UHGV virus genome: UHGV-0371537
Source: a virus
Length of the DNA stretch: 64,000 nucleotides
Strand: one strand, 5' to 3'
In this document: in pieces, positions 52,543 through 62,160 of the stretch
Layout of the letters: the number at the start of each line of letters is the position of its first letter
How positions within the stretch are numbered: the stretch's first letter is position 1
Program-made: the position numbers and the translations under genes
Notes under the pieces: generated by a model
What the model was told of the DNA's origin: nothing
The model's input: only the letters and a program-made list of their open reading frames with translations
Database searches by the model: none

Positions 52543-53337
52543 ATGGCCATTCTAAAACTTGGCAACCGTGGCACTGAAGTGAAGGCACTTCAGGATAGCC
52601 TCAACAAAATCGGCTTCACCCTCGTCGCCGACGGCATCTTTGGTAAGGCAACAGAGAACGCTGTCAAGACTGTTCAGGCGGGTGCGGGGCTTGTCATCGA
52701 CGGTATCGTGGGTCCAAAGACCTCCTATGCTATTCGCAACGCTGGAGACGCCCATCAAGATCACCTGACCGAGGCTGACCTTATCGATGCGGCTAATCAG
52801 CTTGGAGTTGATCTCGCCTCTGTAAAGGCGGTCAACCAGGTGGAATCCCGTGGCACTGGCTTCACCAAGTCAGGTAAGATCAAGACATTGTTCGAACGCC
52901 ACATCATGTACAAGAAGCTCATGGCGAAGTTCGGCCAGGCTCGGGCGAATGCTATAGGGCAGATGTACCCGACGTTGGTCAGTCCTTCTGCAGGTGGGTA
53001 CACGGGCGGCGATGCAGAACTGGATCGACTTCATGCGGCCATCAACATCGACGAGGATTGTGCGTACGAGAGTGCCTCATACGGTCTCTTCCAGATCATG
53101 GGCTTCAACTGCCAGGTCTGTGGGTATGCCAATGCCAAGGAGATGTTCAATGACTTCCTGACAGGCGAACGTGCTCATCTGATGGCATTCGTGAAGTTCA
53201 TCAAGGCCGATGCCAAGCTCTGGCAGGCTCTGAAGGACAAGAACTGGGCTGAGTTTGCGCGGCGCTATAATGGTCCGGCGTATGCCAAGAACCAGTACGA
53301 CACGAAGCTCGCTGCTGCATACAAGAGTTTCAGTTAA
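52543..53337 (+). CDS. modular endolysin: N-terminal peptidoglycan-binding domain plus C-terminal muramidase-like domain
   Basis: N-terminus LKLGNRGTEVKALQ...DGIFG...DGIVGP (PG-binding repeat); C-terminus ESASYGLFQIMGFN; GGAGG RBS. Confidence 0.75.
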   Translation: MAILKLGNRGTEVKALQDSLNKIGFTLVADGIFGKATENAVKTVQAGAGLVIDGIVGPKTSYAIRNAGDAHQDHLTEADLIDAANQLGVDLASVKAVNQVESRGTGFTKSGKIKTLFERHIMYKKLMAKFGQARANAIGQMYPTLVSPSAGGYTGGDAELDRLHAAINIDEDCAYESASYGLFQIMGFNCQVCGYANAKEMFNDFLTGERAHLMAFVKFIKADAKLWQALKDKNWAEFARRYNGPAYAKNQYDTKLAAAYKSFS

Positions 53338-53340
53338 CTC

Positions 53341-53367
53341 AAAGGCCGGAAACGGCCTTTTTCTTTA
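53341..53367 (+). terminator. rho-independent terminator after endolysin gene
   Basis: AGGCCG-GAAA-CGGCCT then TTTTCTTTAT. Confidence 0.75.
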
Positions 53368-53441
53368 TCCGCCCCTCGGGTATGCTGGGTGTGTCGCCTT
53401 AATTAAGGTTGATGACACCCCTGAGATATAGGAAGGTTCCC

Positions 53442-54284
53442 ATGCAATCTGCCACCAAAGTTGTAAGTATGAAGCCAGCGGGCAAGACCAAGTCAGCACG
53501 TAAGAAGGAGACTGTTCAGAAAGAAGATGACTGGATGAAGTTCTCCAAAGGCGACTTTAGAATCGCTCCGTTCAATGGCCTCTCAGAGAATCAGAACCTC
53601 GCATATCAATCTGCTCTTGAAGAAAACCTCACCATCGCGATTGGTCCGGCAGGCACGGGTAAATCGTACTGCGGTGCCTCAGCCGCCGCCAAGCTCCTGA
53701 TCGATAAAGTTGTCAGTAAGATCGTCATCACACGCTCTCCGCTGCCAACAGGCCAGACAGCAGGCTTCCGTCCTGGCGACACTTACGAAAAGCTCATGCC
53801 ATACCTGATGCCCCTGATTCAGACGCTGAAAAAGGTGCTGAAGACCGATACTGGCAGCGACGGGTTCTTCAACTATCTGTGGGAGAAACGGATCATCGAG
53901 ATCCAGGATCTGGAGACCATCAAGGGGATGACCTTTGACGACACCTTCCTGATTATCGAAGAAGCGCAGGAATGCGATATGGAGCAGCTGAAGAACCTGC
54001 TGACCCGCGCATCCGACTCGACTTACATCTTTGTCAACGGTGACATCAAGCAATCCAACAAGCGCCTGCGCGACAGCGCTCTGGAAAAGTACGTCGGTTC
54101 CTTCCGCGACTTCAACGCCAAGCTGGAGGCCGGAACTCTGAAGATCGATGGTGTTGGAGTCGGTGATGAATACCCTGAATGGGTACAACCGTTCAGTATC
54201 ATCGAATTCAACAAGACCGACCGCAACGGGCGCGGCGACTTCACTCGCCTGATGCTGGAAGTCAACGATCTGTACGACATTTAA
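53442..54284 (+). CDS. phoH: PhoH-like ATPase
   Basis: Walker A AIGPAGTGKSY, Walker B-like FLIIEEAQ; start at ATG 53442 (AGGAAGG RBS). Confidence 0.8.
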   Translation: MQSATKVVSMKPAGKTKSARKKETVQKEDDWMKFSKGDFRIAPFNGLSENQNLAYQSALEENLTIAIGPAGTGKSYCGASAAAKLLIDKVVSKIVITRSPLPTGQTAGFRPGDTYEKLMPYLMPLIQTLKKVLKTDTGSDGFFNYLWEKRIIEIQDLETIKGMTFDDTFLIIEEAQECDMEQLKNLLTRASDSTYIFVNGDIKQSNKRLRDSALEKYVGSFRDFNAKLEAGTLKIDGVGVGDEYPEWVQPFSIIEFNKTDRNGRGDFTRLMLEVNDLYDI

Positions 54285-54330
54285 GTAACTCACCAACACT
54301 CCCCGCCGCCTTCAATCTACGAGGGCGGCG

Positions 54331-54336
54331 TATAAT
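54331..54336 (+). promoter_or_regulatory. -10-like TATAAT box ahead of the HNH endonuclease
   Basis: TATAAT directly after a 7-bp GC hairpin (54304-54330) and 18 nt before ATG 54354. Confidence 0.3.
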
Positions 54337-54353
54337 ATGTTCCGAGACTAATC

Positions 54354-55013
54354 ATGAATTATCAAAATATCTATGACTCTCTGATACAAAGAGCCAAGAC
54401 CCGTTCATTGGTTGGTTATTCTGAAACCCACCATATTATCCCTAGATGTATGGGAGGGAAAGATGACAAACATAATCTGGTGGAGTTGACACCAGAAGAA
54501 CATTATTTAGCACATCAATTGTTAGTCAAAATATATCCCAAAAATTTCAAATTAGCATTTGCAGCTAATGCTATGTGCGTAAACAATGAATTCTCCGGTA
54601 GATCTTGTAACAAATTATTCGGTTGGTTGCGGAGAAAACTTTCTCATTCCAATAAACAGATGTACAAAGACAACCCTAATTTGAGGAAAATTCGTTCCGA
54701 TCAAATGAAACAGACACATGTAAAGTATTCTCATTTGCGGGAAATACAGTCTAAACGTTTGAAGGAAAACAATATATGCGTGATAAAACAACCTTGGGAA
54801 AGTAACCATGCCACCAAAGAGTCTTTGGATATATGGAAACGCGCCGACGAATATTATGATTGGTGGTTGTGCAACCAAAAAGGTTGCACGTTCATGGCGA
54901 AAGCGTTTGGGTTCAAAAACAAGACGACTCCGCATTTCACAATGATTAATAAATTTAAATCTGGGTGGAATCCCAAAGCCGACCCAGAGTGGTTAGAGTT
55001 TGTAAGTCAATAA
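54354..55013 (+). CDS. HNH family homing endonuclease (mob-like)
   Basis: YSETHHIIPRCMGGKDDKHNLVELTPEEHYLAH (HNH); inserted between phoH and nrdA; C-terminal NKFKSGWNP motif shared with two other endonucleases. Confidence 0.75.
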   Translation: MNYQNIYDSLIQRAKTRSLVGYSETHHIIPRCMGGKDDKHNLVELTPEEHYLAHQLLVKIYPKNFKLAFAANAMCVNNEFSGRSCNKLFGWLRRKLSHSNKQMYKDNPNLRKIRSDQMKQTHVKYSHLREIQSKRLKENNICVIKQPWESNHATKESLDIWKRADEYYDWWLCNQKGCTFMAKAFGFKNKTTPHFTMINKFKSGWNPKADPEWLEFVSQ

Positions 55014-55072
55014 GCCCCGAAGAGTTTATTATTGGGGTGGAGTTCATTCACCAATAAATCCAGGAAATATAA

Positions 55073-57361
55073 ATGAGCGAAATTAACGTCATTAAGCGGG
55101 ACGGATCTTCTGTCCCCTTTGATATTGAGAAACTACACGCAGTCGTAGACCGCGCATGTGACGGCCTGCCTGGTGTATCAATGTCAGAGGTGATCGCTGC
55201 ATCGAAGATTCAGTTCACCGACAACATGAGAACAGATCGCATTCAGGATATCCTCATCCAGGCTGCGGCTTCGCTGATCTCTGTAGACAAACCCAATTAC
55301 CAGTATGTGGCTGCTCGCCTGAAGTCATATGATCTGCGCAAGGCTGTCTATGGCCAGTACAAGCCGCCTCACCTGCTGGATATCTTCGTCAAGAACATCA
55401 AACAGCGTGTGTATGATCGTGAGTTCCTTGATCTCTACACGACCGAAGAGTTCAACGAGCTGAACGATGTTATCAACCACAAACGTGACAAGAACTTCAC
55501 CTGGGCGGCCATGGGTCAGCTGACAGAGAAGTATCTGCTGCGTGACCGTTCCAAGAAGGACAGCAAGATCTTCTATGAAACCCCACAGGTCATGTACATG
55601 GGCATCGCCATGGCGTTGTTCTCCAACTGGGACAAAGACAGCCGCCTGGATATGGTGAAGAAGTTCTATGAATATGCCAGCACAGGCAAGTTCAGTCTTC
55701 CAACCCCGATTATGGCAGGCGTTCGTACTCCTACCCGTCAGTTCAGTTCCTGCGTGTTGATCAAAACTGGTGACACCCTGGACTCTATCAACGCAACAGC
55801 CAAGACCATCGTTGACTATGTGTCCAAACGTGCGGGTATCGGCTTCGACATCGGGGCGATACGTGGGATTGGTAGTCCTATTCGCGGCGGAGAGATGGTT
55901 CACACAGGCCTGATCCCATTCATCAAGTATCTCACTGGGGCGCTCAAGTCTTGCTCCCAGGGCGGCATTCGTGGTGGTGCAGCAACAGCTTATATCCCTC
56001 TGTGGCATTACCAGTTCGATGACGTCGTTGTACTGAAGAATAACCGTGGCACTGAAGAAAACCGCGAACGCCGTATCGACTACGGTATTCAGATCAACCG
56101 CGTGATGTTTGAGCGCCTGGTTGCCAAGCAGCCTCTGTATCTGTTCGACCCGAAAGACAACCGCGAAATGTACGAAGCATACTTCTCCGACGTCGACAAG
56201 TTCCGTACTCTGTATGAGAACATGATCAAGGCCGCCGATGCTGGTCTGGTACGTTCTAAGAAGCTGCAGGCTGAAGAAGTGTTCCAGATGCTGTTAGACC
56301 AGCGTTCAGACACAGGCCGCATCTACATCGCATTTGTCGATCACATGAATGAATACAGCCCATTCAACCTCGACACGATCTACAGCTCCAACCTGTGTCT
56401 TGAAATCGCCCTGCCGACCCGTGAGTTTGAGCAGTACAACGATGAAAACGGGCGCGTGGCTCTGTGCACCCTGGCTTCCTTTAACCTGACGGCGTTCGAA
56501 GACCCGACTGAGATGGAAGACGTGGCGTTTGTGTTGGTGTCTGCGCTGGACATGCTGTTGGAATATCAGGACTATCCGGCAATCCAGGCTCGTAAGGCTG
56601 TTGAGGATTATCGCCCTCTGGGTGTTGGTATCGTGAACGTGGCTCACTTCTTGGCCAAGAACTTCACAGGCTATGGTTCTCCGGCTGGTCTTGAGATGTT
56701 GGATGCGTGGATGGCACACCTGCACTACTATCTGGTCAAGGCATCCAACCGTCTGGCGATGAAGTTCGGTGCATGCAAACGTGGAACCATCCACAATAAT
56801 GGGCAGGTCACTGCCGATCTTCAGCCGCTTCCACTTGATATCCTGCCGAATGGTAAGAAACCGGAAGGCATGGCATACGGCCTGGATTGGGAAGAACTGA
56901 AGGATGATCTGAAGACCTATGGTATCCGCAATGCCACCCTGCTGGCAGTAGCCCCTACCGAAAGCTCCTCACAAGTCCTCAACGCAACGAACGGCATTGA
57001 GCCACCGAAGGGCTTGGTAAGCATTAAGGGCAGCAAGGACGGCACGTACAAGCAGGTCGTTCCGGATGTAGAGACCCTTGGACCGCTGTATGACCTGAAG
57101 TGGGACCTGGAATGCATCGAGTACCTGAAGACCGCTGCTGTCATCCAGCGCTGGGTTGACCAGTCCATCAGTACCAACACATGGTATGACCCAGAGAAGT
57201 ACCCTGACGGCAAGATCCCTCGTGCTAAGATGATGCAGGATATCCTGTCGTTCTATATGTGGGGTGGTAAGACTCTGTATTACAACACGAACAAGGACGC
57301 CAAGGAAGACGAAGAGCTGAAACAGGCTGATGCCGTGGAATGTGAAAGTTGTATCGTGTAG
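55073..57361 (+). CDS. nrdA: ribonucleotide reductase large subunit (class Ia NrdA)
   Basis: 762 aa; N-terminal ATP-cone (VIKRDGSSVPFDIEKL), catalytic region SSNLCLEI..., C-terminal CESCIV tail. Confidence 0.9.
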   Translation: MSEINVIKRDGSSVPFDIEKLHAVVDRACDGLPGVSMSEVIAASKIQFTDNMRTDRIQDILIQAAASLISVDKPNYQYVAARLKSYDLRKAVYGQYKPPHLLDIFVKNIKQRVYDREFLDLYTTEEFNELNDVINHKRDKNFTWAAMGQLTEKYLLRDRSKKDSKIFYETPQVMYMGIAMALFSNWDKDSRLDMVKKFYEYASTGKFSLPTPIMAGVRTPTRQFSSCVLIKTGDTLDSINATAKTIVDYVSKRAGIGFDIGAIRGIGSPIRGGEMVHTGLIPFIKYLTGALKSCSQGGIRGGAATAYIPLWHYQFDDVVVLKNNRGTEENRERRIDYGIQINRVMFERLVAKQPLYLFDPKDNREMYEAYFSDVDKFRTLYENMIKAADAGLVRSKKLQAEEVFQMLLDQRSDTGRIYIAFVDHMNEYSPFNLDTIYSSNLCLEIALPTREFEQYNDENGRVALCTLASFNLTAFEDPTEMEDVAFVLVSALDMLLEYQDYPAIQARKAVEDYRPLGVGIVNVAHFLAKNFTGYGSPAGLEMLDAWMAHLHYYLVKASNRLAMKFGACKRGTIHNNGQVTADLQPLPLDILPNGKKPEGMAYGLDWEELKDDLKTYGIRNATLLAVAPTESSSQVLNATNGIEPPKGLVSIKGSKDGTYKQVVPDVETLGPLYDLKWDLECIEYLKTAAVIQRWVDQSISTNTWYDPEKYPDGKIPRAKMMQDILSFYMWGGKTLYYNTNKDAKEDEELKQADAVECESCIV

Positions 57362-57393
57362 GTTAGGTCTAAACCTGCTACCGTTATATCATC

Positions 57394-57416
57394 AGGGGTG
57401 AGAGATCACCCCTTAT
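57394..57416 (+). terminator. hairpin between nrdA and nrdB (possible attenuator)
   Basis: AGGGGTGA-GAGA-TCACCCCT then TATTCAT (weak T-run). Confidence 0.4.
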
Positions 57417-57432
57417 TCATCAGGAAAGAAAC

Positions 57433-58536
57433 ATGAGCGAACAGAAACAATTTTCCGTATTCGACCCAAGCTCGGACAACACTGGCCTGCCGTTCTTCGG
57501 CGACCCAGTGAGCATCCAGCGCTATGACATCGTGGCTTGGCCATTCGTACAGAAGTGGTATGAGAAAGGCCTCAGCCAGTTCTGGCGTCCGGAAGAAGTA
57601 GACATCACCAAGGACAAGGCCGACTATGCCACCCTCACACCTGCTGAAAAGCGCATCTATGAGAGCAACCTGAAGCGCCAGACCATGCTGGATTCTATCC
57701 AGGGCGCGGCTCCGTTCGAGGCGTTTGGTCCATGGGCGTCTACCCCTGAAATGCAGTTCGCCGTCCTTGAGTGGACGCGCCAGGAAGCCATTCACTCCCT
57801 GTCGTACACCCACATCCTGCGAAACACTGTGAACGATCCTGGTATCGTGTTTGACCACGTGTTGGACGTTGCAGAGATCGTGGATTGTGCTCATCAGATT
57901 AGTACTCACTATGACGATATGGTTCGTTACAGTGGCATGCGTATGGCTGGTCGCGCCTTTACCCGTGAAGACATGATGAATGCCAAACGTGCATTCTGGC
58001 GTGCTCTGTTTGCTGCCAACACACTGGAAGGCATCCGCTTCTACGTGTCCTTTGCATGCTCTTGGGCGTTCACGCAGTTCCAGAAGAAGATGGAAGGTAA
58101 TGCTAAAATCATTCGCCAGATCGCCCGTGATGAGCAAGATCACCTGATCCTGACTCAGACGCTGCTGAACCGTCTGCCTGGCATGGACCCTGACTTCGAA
58201 ATCATCCGTGAGGAACTGCGTGGTGAGATGACCCAGATGTTCTTGGACGTGGGTAATCAGGAGAAGCAATGGGCTGACTATCTGTTCCAGGACGGCTCCA
58301 TGCTTGGCCTGAACGCGAAGATCCTACACCATATGGTAGACTGGTTGCTCACCCACCGCATGGGCGCTATCGGACACCCATATCCTGGGGAACCACGTAA
58401 GGAATGCCCAGTGCCATGGATCAACGAGTGGCTAAATAATAAGACAATGCAGTACGCGTTGCAGGAAGCTGAAGCTCCTGATTATCTTATGGGTGTACTG
58501 ACTGGTTCAGTATCCGACGGCCTCAAATTCGCTTAA
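57433..58536 (+). CDS. nrdB: ribonucleotide reductase small subunit (NrdB)
   Basis: 367 aa; di-iron ligand pattern (EAIHSLSYTHIL, EGIRFYVSFA); directly downstream of nrdA. Confidence 0.9.
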   Translation: MSEQKQFSVFDPSSDNTGLPFFGDPVSIQRYDIVAWPFVQKWYEKGLSQFWRPEEVDITKDKADYATLTPAEKRIYESNLKRQTMLDSIQGAAPFEAFGPWASTPEMQFAVLEWTRQEAIHSLSYTHILRNTVNDPGIVFDHVLDVAEIVDCAHQISTHYDDMVRYSGMRMAGRAFTREDMMNAKRAFWRALFAANTLEGIRFYVSFACSWAFTQFQKKMEGNAKIIRQIARDEQDHLILTQTLLNRLPGMDPDFEIIREELRGEMTQMFLDVGNQEKQWADYLFQDGSMLGLNAKILHHMVDWLLTHRMGAIGHPYPGEPRKECPVPWINEWLNNKTMQYALQEAEAPDYLMGVLTGSVSDGLKFA

Positions 58537-58545
58537 AGGTGAGAA

Positions 58546-58770
58546 ATGATTACGATCTATTCCAAACAAGGTTGCGCTCAGTGTGTTACAGCTGAAAATC
58601 TGTGTAAGATGAAAGGGCTGGAACACAAGATCCTCAAGCTGGACAAAGACTACCAGCTGGAAGAACTTCAGAAGTTGACGGGTAAGCAGCGCATGTCTAT
58701 GCCTGTAATCGTCCTCGCTGACCAGACCGTGACCGACGTTACTGGACTCGCCGCCAGCCTCAAGCGCTGA
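58546..58770 (+). CDS. glutaredoxin-like protein (NrdH/NrdC-type)
   Basis: 74 aa, N-terminal YSKQGCAQC (CxxC) typical of glutaredoxin/NrdH; downstream of nrdAB. Confidence 0.7.
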   Translation: MITIYSKQGCAQCVTAENLCKMKGLEHKILKLDKDYQLEELQKLTGKQRMSMPVIVLADQTVTDVTGLAASLKR

Positions 58771-58777
58771 TCTGTCA

Positions 58778-58805
58778 AAGCCCCTCAATGAGGGGCTTTA
58801 CTTTT
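58778..58805 (+). terminator. rho-independent terminator after glutaredoxin gene, abutting an early promoter
   Basis: AAGCCCCTC-AAT-GAGGGGCTT then TACTTTT. Confidence 0.6.
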
Positions 58806-58825
58806 GAAACACCCTCCCCTATACT
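58797..58825 (+). promoter_or_regulatory. early-type sigma70-like promoter (TTTACT-N17-TATACT)
   Basis: -35 TTTACT 58797-58802, -10 TATACT 58820-58825; directly after terminator hairpin 58778-58798. Confidence 0.55.
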
Positions 58826-58875
58826 TCCCAATAATTCATTGGCATTCGCCACAAATTGAAAGCGGGAACTATATC

Positions 58876-59337
58876 ATGACAAACAAAGTGCTCACCAACC
58901 CACTGCACAACTTCGGTTACATTCAGCTTCCTCTGGTGATTGATACCCTATACGCTGATGACAAAGAGGAGATCTGTTGGTCTCCAACCGCTCTGATTGA
59001 ACGCGAAATCTTCAAGTCTGTTGTTGATGTTATGTTCCGTATCGGTCGCAATGCACCTCTGGTCTACCTCGGCAAAGCAACTGAACTGAAGACAAGCCAC
59101 AACGAACGCTTCCTGCGCATTGATACTACCGGGTGCTCCCAGCAAGACTTCAACACACTGCGCAATTATGTTCTGGTCAACCGCCCGGTATCCCAGCATC
59201 GTCCTTACCTGACGTCAATGCACATAGACAGTTTCATCACTGACGTACACCTGCAGGCTGAAACCCTCCATGAAGAGGAAACAGGCCGAGCTATCGACAC
59301 TGTCTTAAATATGGTTGTGATCACCCTCGCGGAGTAG
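58876..59337 (+). CDS. hypothetical protein behind an early-type promoter
   Basis: 153 aa from ATG 58876 (GGAACTATATC-ATG); promoter TTTACT-N17-TATACT upstream. Confidence 0.45.
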   Translation: MTNKVLTNPLHNFGYIQLPLVIDTLYADDKEEICWSPTALIEREIFKSVVDVMFRIGRNAPLVYLGKATELKTSHNERFLRIDTTGCSQQDFNTLRNYVLVNRPVSQHRPYLTSMHIDSFITDVHLQAETLHEEETGRAIDTVLNMVVITLAE

Positions 59338-59342
59338 CCATC

Positions 59343-59732
59343 ATGAACTATCCTCTTGACGCGAAATTTATTCTTCCAAGGAAGGAACTAGACACCTTCC
59401 GGGTTCTGCATCAACTTTTGGCCGCCGGGGAAACAATCCCGCTATACGAAGGTGGAAAGAAGGTAGGAAAAGGAATTTCGTGTGCGATCGATGACAGTGA
59501 ATACTGGGCATTTGATTTCAATCGCACCGAGAATTTCAAGCCAAGGGATTCATCAATGATGATGAGGTTCATGATTGACAAACCAATTGACCTACAGAAG
59601 TATGATCTGTTCTTGGACGCGATCCCATACGAATTCAGGGAGGAGGGTCTGAAGTACAGATTTGCGTTGTTGGTGTGCTTCAAAATGACTATCGTCCTGA
59701 AGCCTATGTTCACACCGCCCAACGCAAGTTAA
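59343..59732 (+). CDS. hypothetical protein
   Basis: 129 aa, GGAG RBS. Confidence 0.45.
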   Translation: MNYPLDAKFILPRKELDTFRVLHQLLAAGETIPLYEGGKKVGKGISCAIDDSEYWAFDFNRTENFKPRDSSMMMRFMIDKPIDLQKYDLFLDAIPYEFREEGLKYRFALLVCFKMTIVLKPMFTPPNAS

Positions 59733-60113
59733 TCAGTTCGTCCTTTTCAACCACACGGTGTCTGTTATTGGATCTGGGTTGTTGACCACATAGAAAGTGA
59801 TGGTCACGCCCAGAGAGTGGTAATCTTCCGACAGACTGACCGTGACTTCCTCCACCTCGGCTCGTGGTTCATACAGAGCAATAGCATCTTCAACTTTGTT
59901 CTTCACATCTACCTGAATCGTCGGGTTCGTGTTCTCCCCGAGTAGATTGTAAAGCCCCGCTCCGATCCCAGGGTATGTCGGCCAATCTCCAACCGACGAC
60001 ATGACGATATTCCTCACAGATTGTAGGACAGCGTAAATCCCAGATTTCATGGTGACATCTTTGGTCACAGGGTGCATGCCGAACTTCAGATCGACATCTT
60101 TGTATTCTTTCAT
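59733..60113 (-). CDS. gp25: baseplate wedge protein (T4 gp25 / GPW-like)
   Basis: Aligns to recalled T4 gp25 (SVRNIVMSSVGDWPTYPGIGAGL vs SIKNSLLGIITTRKGSRPFDPEFGCDL; YEPRAEVEEV vs YEPRIDKLAV; VNNPDP vs IDNPDD); GAGGAG RBS. Confidence 0.7.
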   Translation of the reverse strand: MKEYKDVDLKFGMHPVTKDVTMKSGIYAVLQSVRNIVMSSVGDWPTYPGIGAGLYNLLGENTNPTIQVDVKNKVEDAIALYEPRAEVEEVTVSLSEDYHSLGVTITFYVVNNPDPITDTVWLKRTN

Positions 60114-60187
60114 TACAACACTCCTCTCAGGGTGCCTAGAAGGAGCAGAGAGGAGCGTTGCCCCTCTGCCACTAAACTTATACCAAC

Positions 60188-61798
60188 TTACTCTTCGGTG
60201 CCGAAATTACCACCATTGTCTTTTAATTCTGCCTTGATATCAATCTCACCTGGACCCGTAGGGGATGCAGGGGTTGCACCTGACAGAGAAGAGGCGCGAC
60301 CAGCACCTTCCGCATATTTGATGTTGCCATTAATCGTCTGGGCCACAGTCAGTTTGTCGGCGATGATCTCTGTTGCCAGAATCTTAGGAACCTTCAACGT
60401 CCCGCCGACCTCCAGAGTCTCACAGATAATACGCAAAATATTCTGCGCCTGCAACTCAGCCAGGTTGCTGAATTTCATCAACGCTGTGCCAGCAACAACA
60501 TTAGAATAGTTGTTGGAATGCAAATGATAGACTTCACCAGTCTTGCGCTGCACTTCCGTTCCTTTGATCGTCAGGTTGTGATCGCCGCCAACATAATAAC
60601 GTTTGTTGAACATCGTCAGATCATAATGATCTTTCACAGACTTGTTCACAACGTCACCGTCTGGCAGCATTTGTTTGTACGACCCGGACATGTGCATCCA
60701 GTGAAGACGTTCGCCCCCCGGTGTGTCATCCACTTCCATGATGTGGCCAGCCCGAGAAGCCATGACGTTGTTGTACGGATACTTGGACCCACCCGCAGCC
60801 GGAACCATAGTTTCGCCAGTGTTGTCAATGTCCTGAACACGGCCTGTTGGTGCTGGCGTTGCCTGCTCTTTCGGAGTCCGATCTGGAATTGGTTCTGACC
60901 ATTTACCGTTCTGTTGGGCGGGGGCAGCCGCAGCTGTGTTTGCAGGTCCAGGCCAGCGATAGCCCAAGACCGAAGAACGGCTGAAACGACTGACCTTCAC
61001 TGAATCGGATTGGTTGCCCCCGATACACCAGACATAGTTGGCATCGAACTTCTGCACGAACGCCACATGGCCGAATGTCGGGTTGTTACCGCGCCGGAAG
61101 ACCACGATAGCGCCATACTGAGGTGCCGACAATGGACTACCCCACGTCAGGTAAGATCGGGCAAGAGCGGAGCGTGTGGAAGTGTATCCGGCCTTTAACA
61201 TAACCCAACCAACAAACGCAGCGCACCAGGATACTTCATCTTCAGATGCACCAAGCGAGGTTGTCTTGTGATACTCAACGATGCGGGGGTTGTTGTTGAA
61301 CTTGCCAGCATATTCTTTGACGCCAAGTTCACCACGGGCGATAGTCATCCATTTTTCAGGATCATACCCACCCACAGGAGGCTGAGGGTCTGGCTGAGGT
61401 TCGTCTTCTTGCTTTACAGGTACATCAGTGACAGCATTGTACGCCTGACGTTCAACAGACATGACGACCTGCCCCAGAGCCAGGGGGTTTGTGTCCGCCC
61501 CATCAGTCGGGGTCGCACCCGGCCAGGTCCATGCGATTCTGAGATTCTGGTATGCGTCATCCAGCGCGAACCCCATGACTTCCGTGCCGACAATGATACC
61601 CGTAGGGGACCAACCTAAACCTGCCGAGGAGGCATTCGACGCAGGCATCATCACTTTTGCCCATGGGAGTTTATCCGTAGGCAAGAGGACGGGATCATCT
61701 GTATGTATGCCGTGTATGCGAACGGCCACGCGCCCGTTTTCATCAGGATCATTGACGTCTTCAACGGTGCCATAAAACCATCTCATTTTGTCTAACAT
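60188..61798 (-). CDS. baseplate hub/central spike protein (gp5-like) with CHAP peptidoglycan-hydrolase domain
   Basis: N-terminus FYGTVEDVNDPDENGRVAVRIHGIHTD...LPWAKVMMP (gp5 OB-fold signature); central SWCAAFVGWV...GHVAFV (Cys/His CHAP-like). Confidence 0.7.
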   Translation of the reverse strand: MLDKMRWFYGTVEDVNDPDENGRVAVRIHGIHTDDPVLLPTDKLPWAKVMMPASNASSAGLGWSPTGIIVGTEVMGFALDDAYQNLRIAWTWPGATPTDGADTNPLALGQVVMSVERQAYNAVTDVPVKQEDEPQPDPQPPVGGYDPEKWMTIARGELGVKEYAGKFNNNPRIVEYHKTTSLGASEDEVSWCAAFVGWVMLKAGYTSTRSALARSYLTWGSPLSAPQYGAIVVFRRGNNPTFGHVAFVQKFDANYVWCIGGNQSDSVKVSRFSRSSVLGYRWPGPANTAAAAPAQQNGKWSEPIPDRTPKEQATPAPTGRVQDIDNTGETMVPAAGGSKYPYNNVMASRAGHIMEVDDTPGGERLHWMHMSGSYKQMLPDGDVVNKSVKDHYDLTMFNKRYYVGGDHNLTIKGTEVQRKTGEVYHLHSNNYSNVVAGTALMKFSNLAELQAQNILRIICETLEVGGTLKVPKILATEIIADKLTVAQTINGNIKYAEGAGRASSLSGATPASPTGPGEIDIKAELKDNGGNFGTEE

Positions 61799-61830
61799 AT
61801 TGAGTTCCGGTTGTCAAACAAGGATTTGAA

Positions 61831-61840
61831 GGTATTTATG
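61831..61840 (-). promoter_or_regulatory. candidate late promoter element (CATAAATACC on minus strand) ahead of the gp5-like gene
   Basis: Reverse complement of 61831-61840 is CATAAATACC, about 33 nt upstream of minus-strand ATG 61798. Confidence 0.4.
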
Positions 61841-62130
61841 CGCAGCGGATTTTGCCTTATATACTATAGGAAGCTCTGCTTCCGTTCAGTTATTGTCTTA
61901 TTCGATCTTATTCGCTTCGCTCATCACACCGCCTTATGCAGGCAGCACCATTCCAATGCCATGGAGGCATAAGGGCGAGGCAATAACTGTACACCTCAGA
62001 ACATCCCTTGAAAAATGGTTTTTAATTGACAATCTGATTCAAAATAGACGATCCCCAACAATGACTCAGGAACAAGCCCATTATAACAATTTCAGGTAAA
62101 GAGAGCGCGTGTTAACCTGTTTTGCAGTTA

Positions 62131-62160
62131 AGCCAATAAAAATCCCGCCGAAGCGGGATT
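62131..62160 (-). terminator. rho-independent terminator for minus-strand gene 62308-63114
   Basis: AATCCCGC-CGAA-GCGGGATT hairpin; on the minus strand it is followed by TTTTATTGG. Confidence 0.65.

Noticed and set aside
57406-58269. 287-aa minus-strand ORF opposite nrdB
   Set aside because: Shadow of the NrdB coding frame.
62000-62050. TTGACA hexamer at about 62026 as a sigma70 promoter
   Set aside because: No acceptable -10 hexamer 16-18 nt downstream on the + strand.
61893-62099. 68-aa + strand ORF in the long noncoding gap
   Set aside because: No RBS, wrong strand relative to both flanking genes, low-complexity composition.
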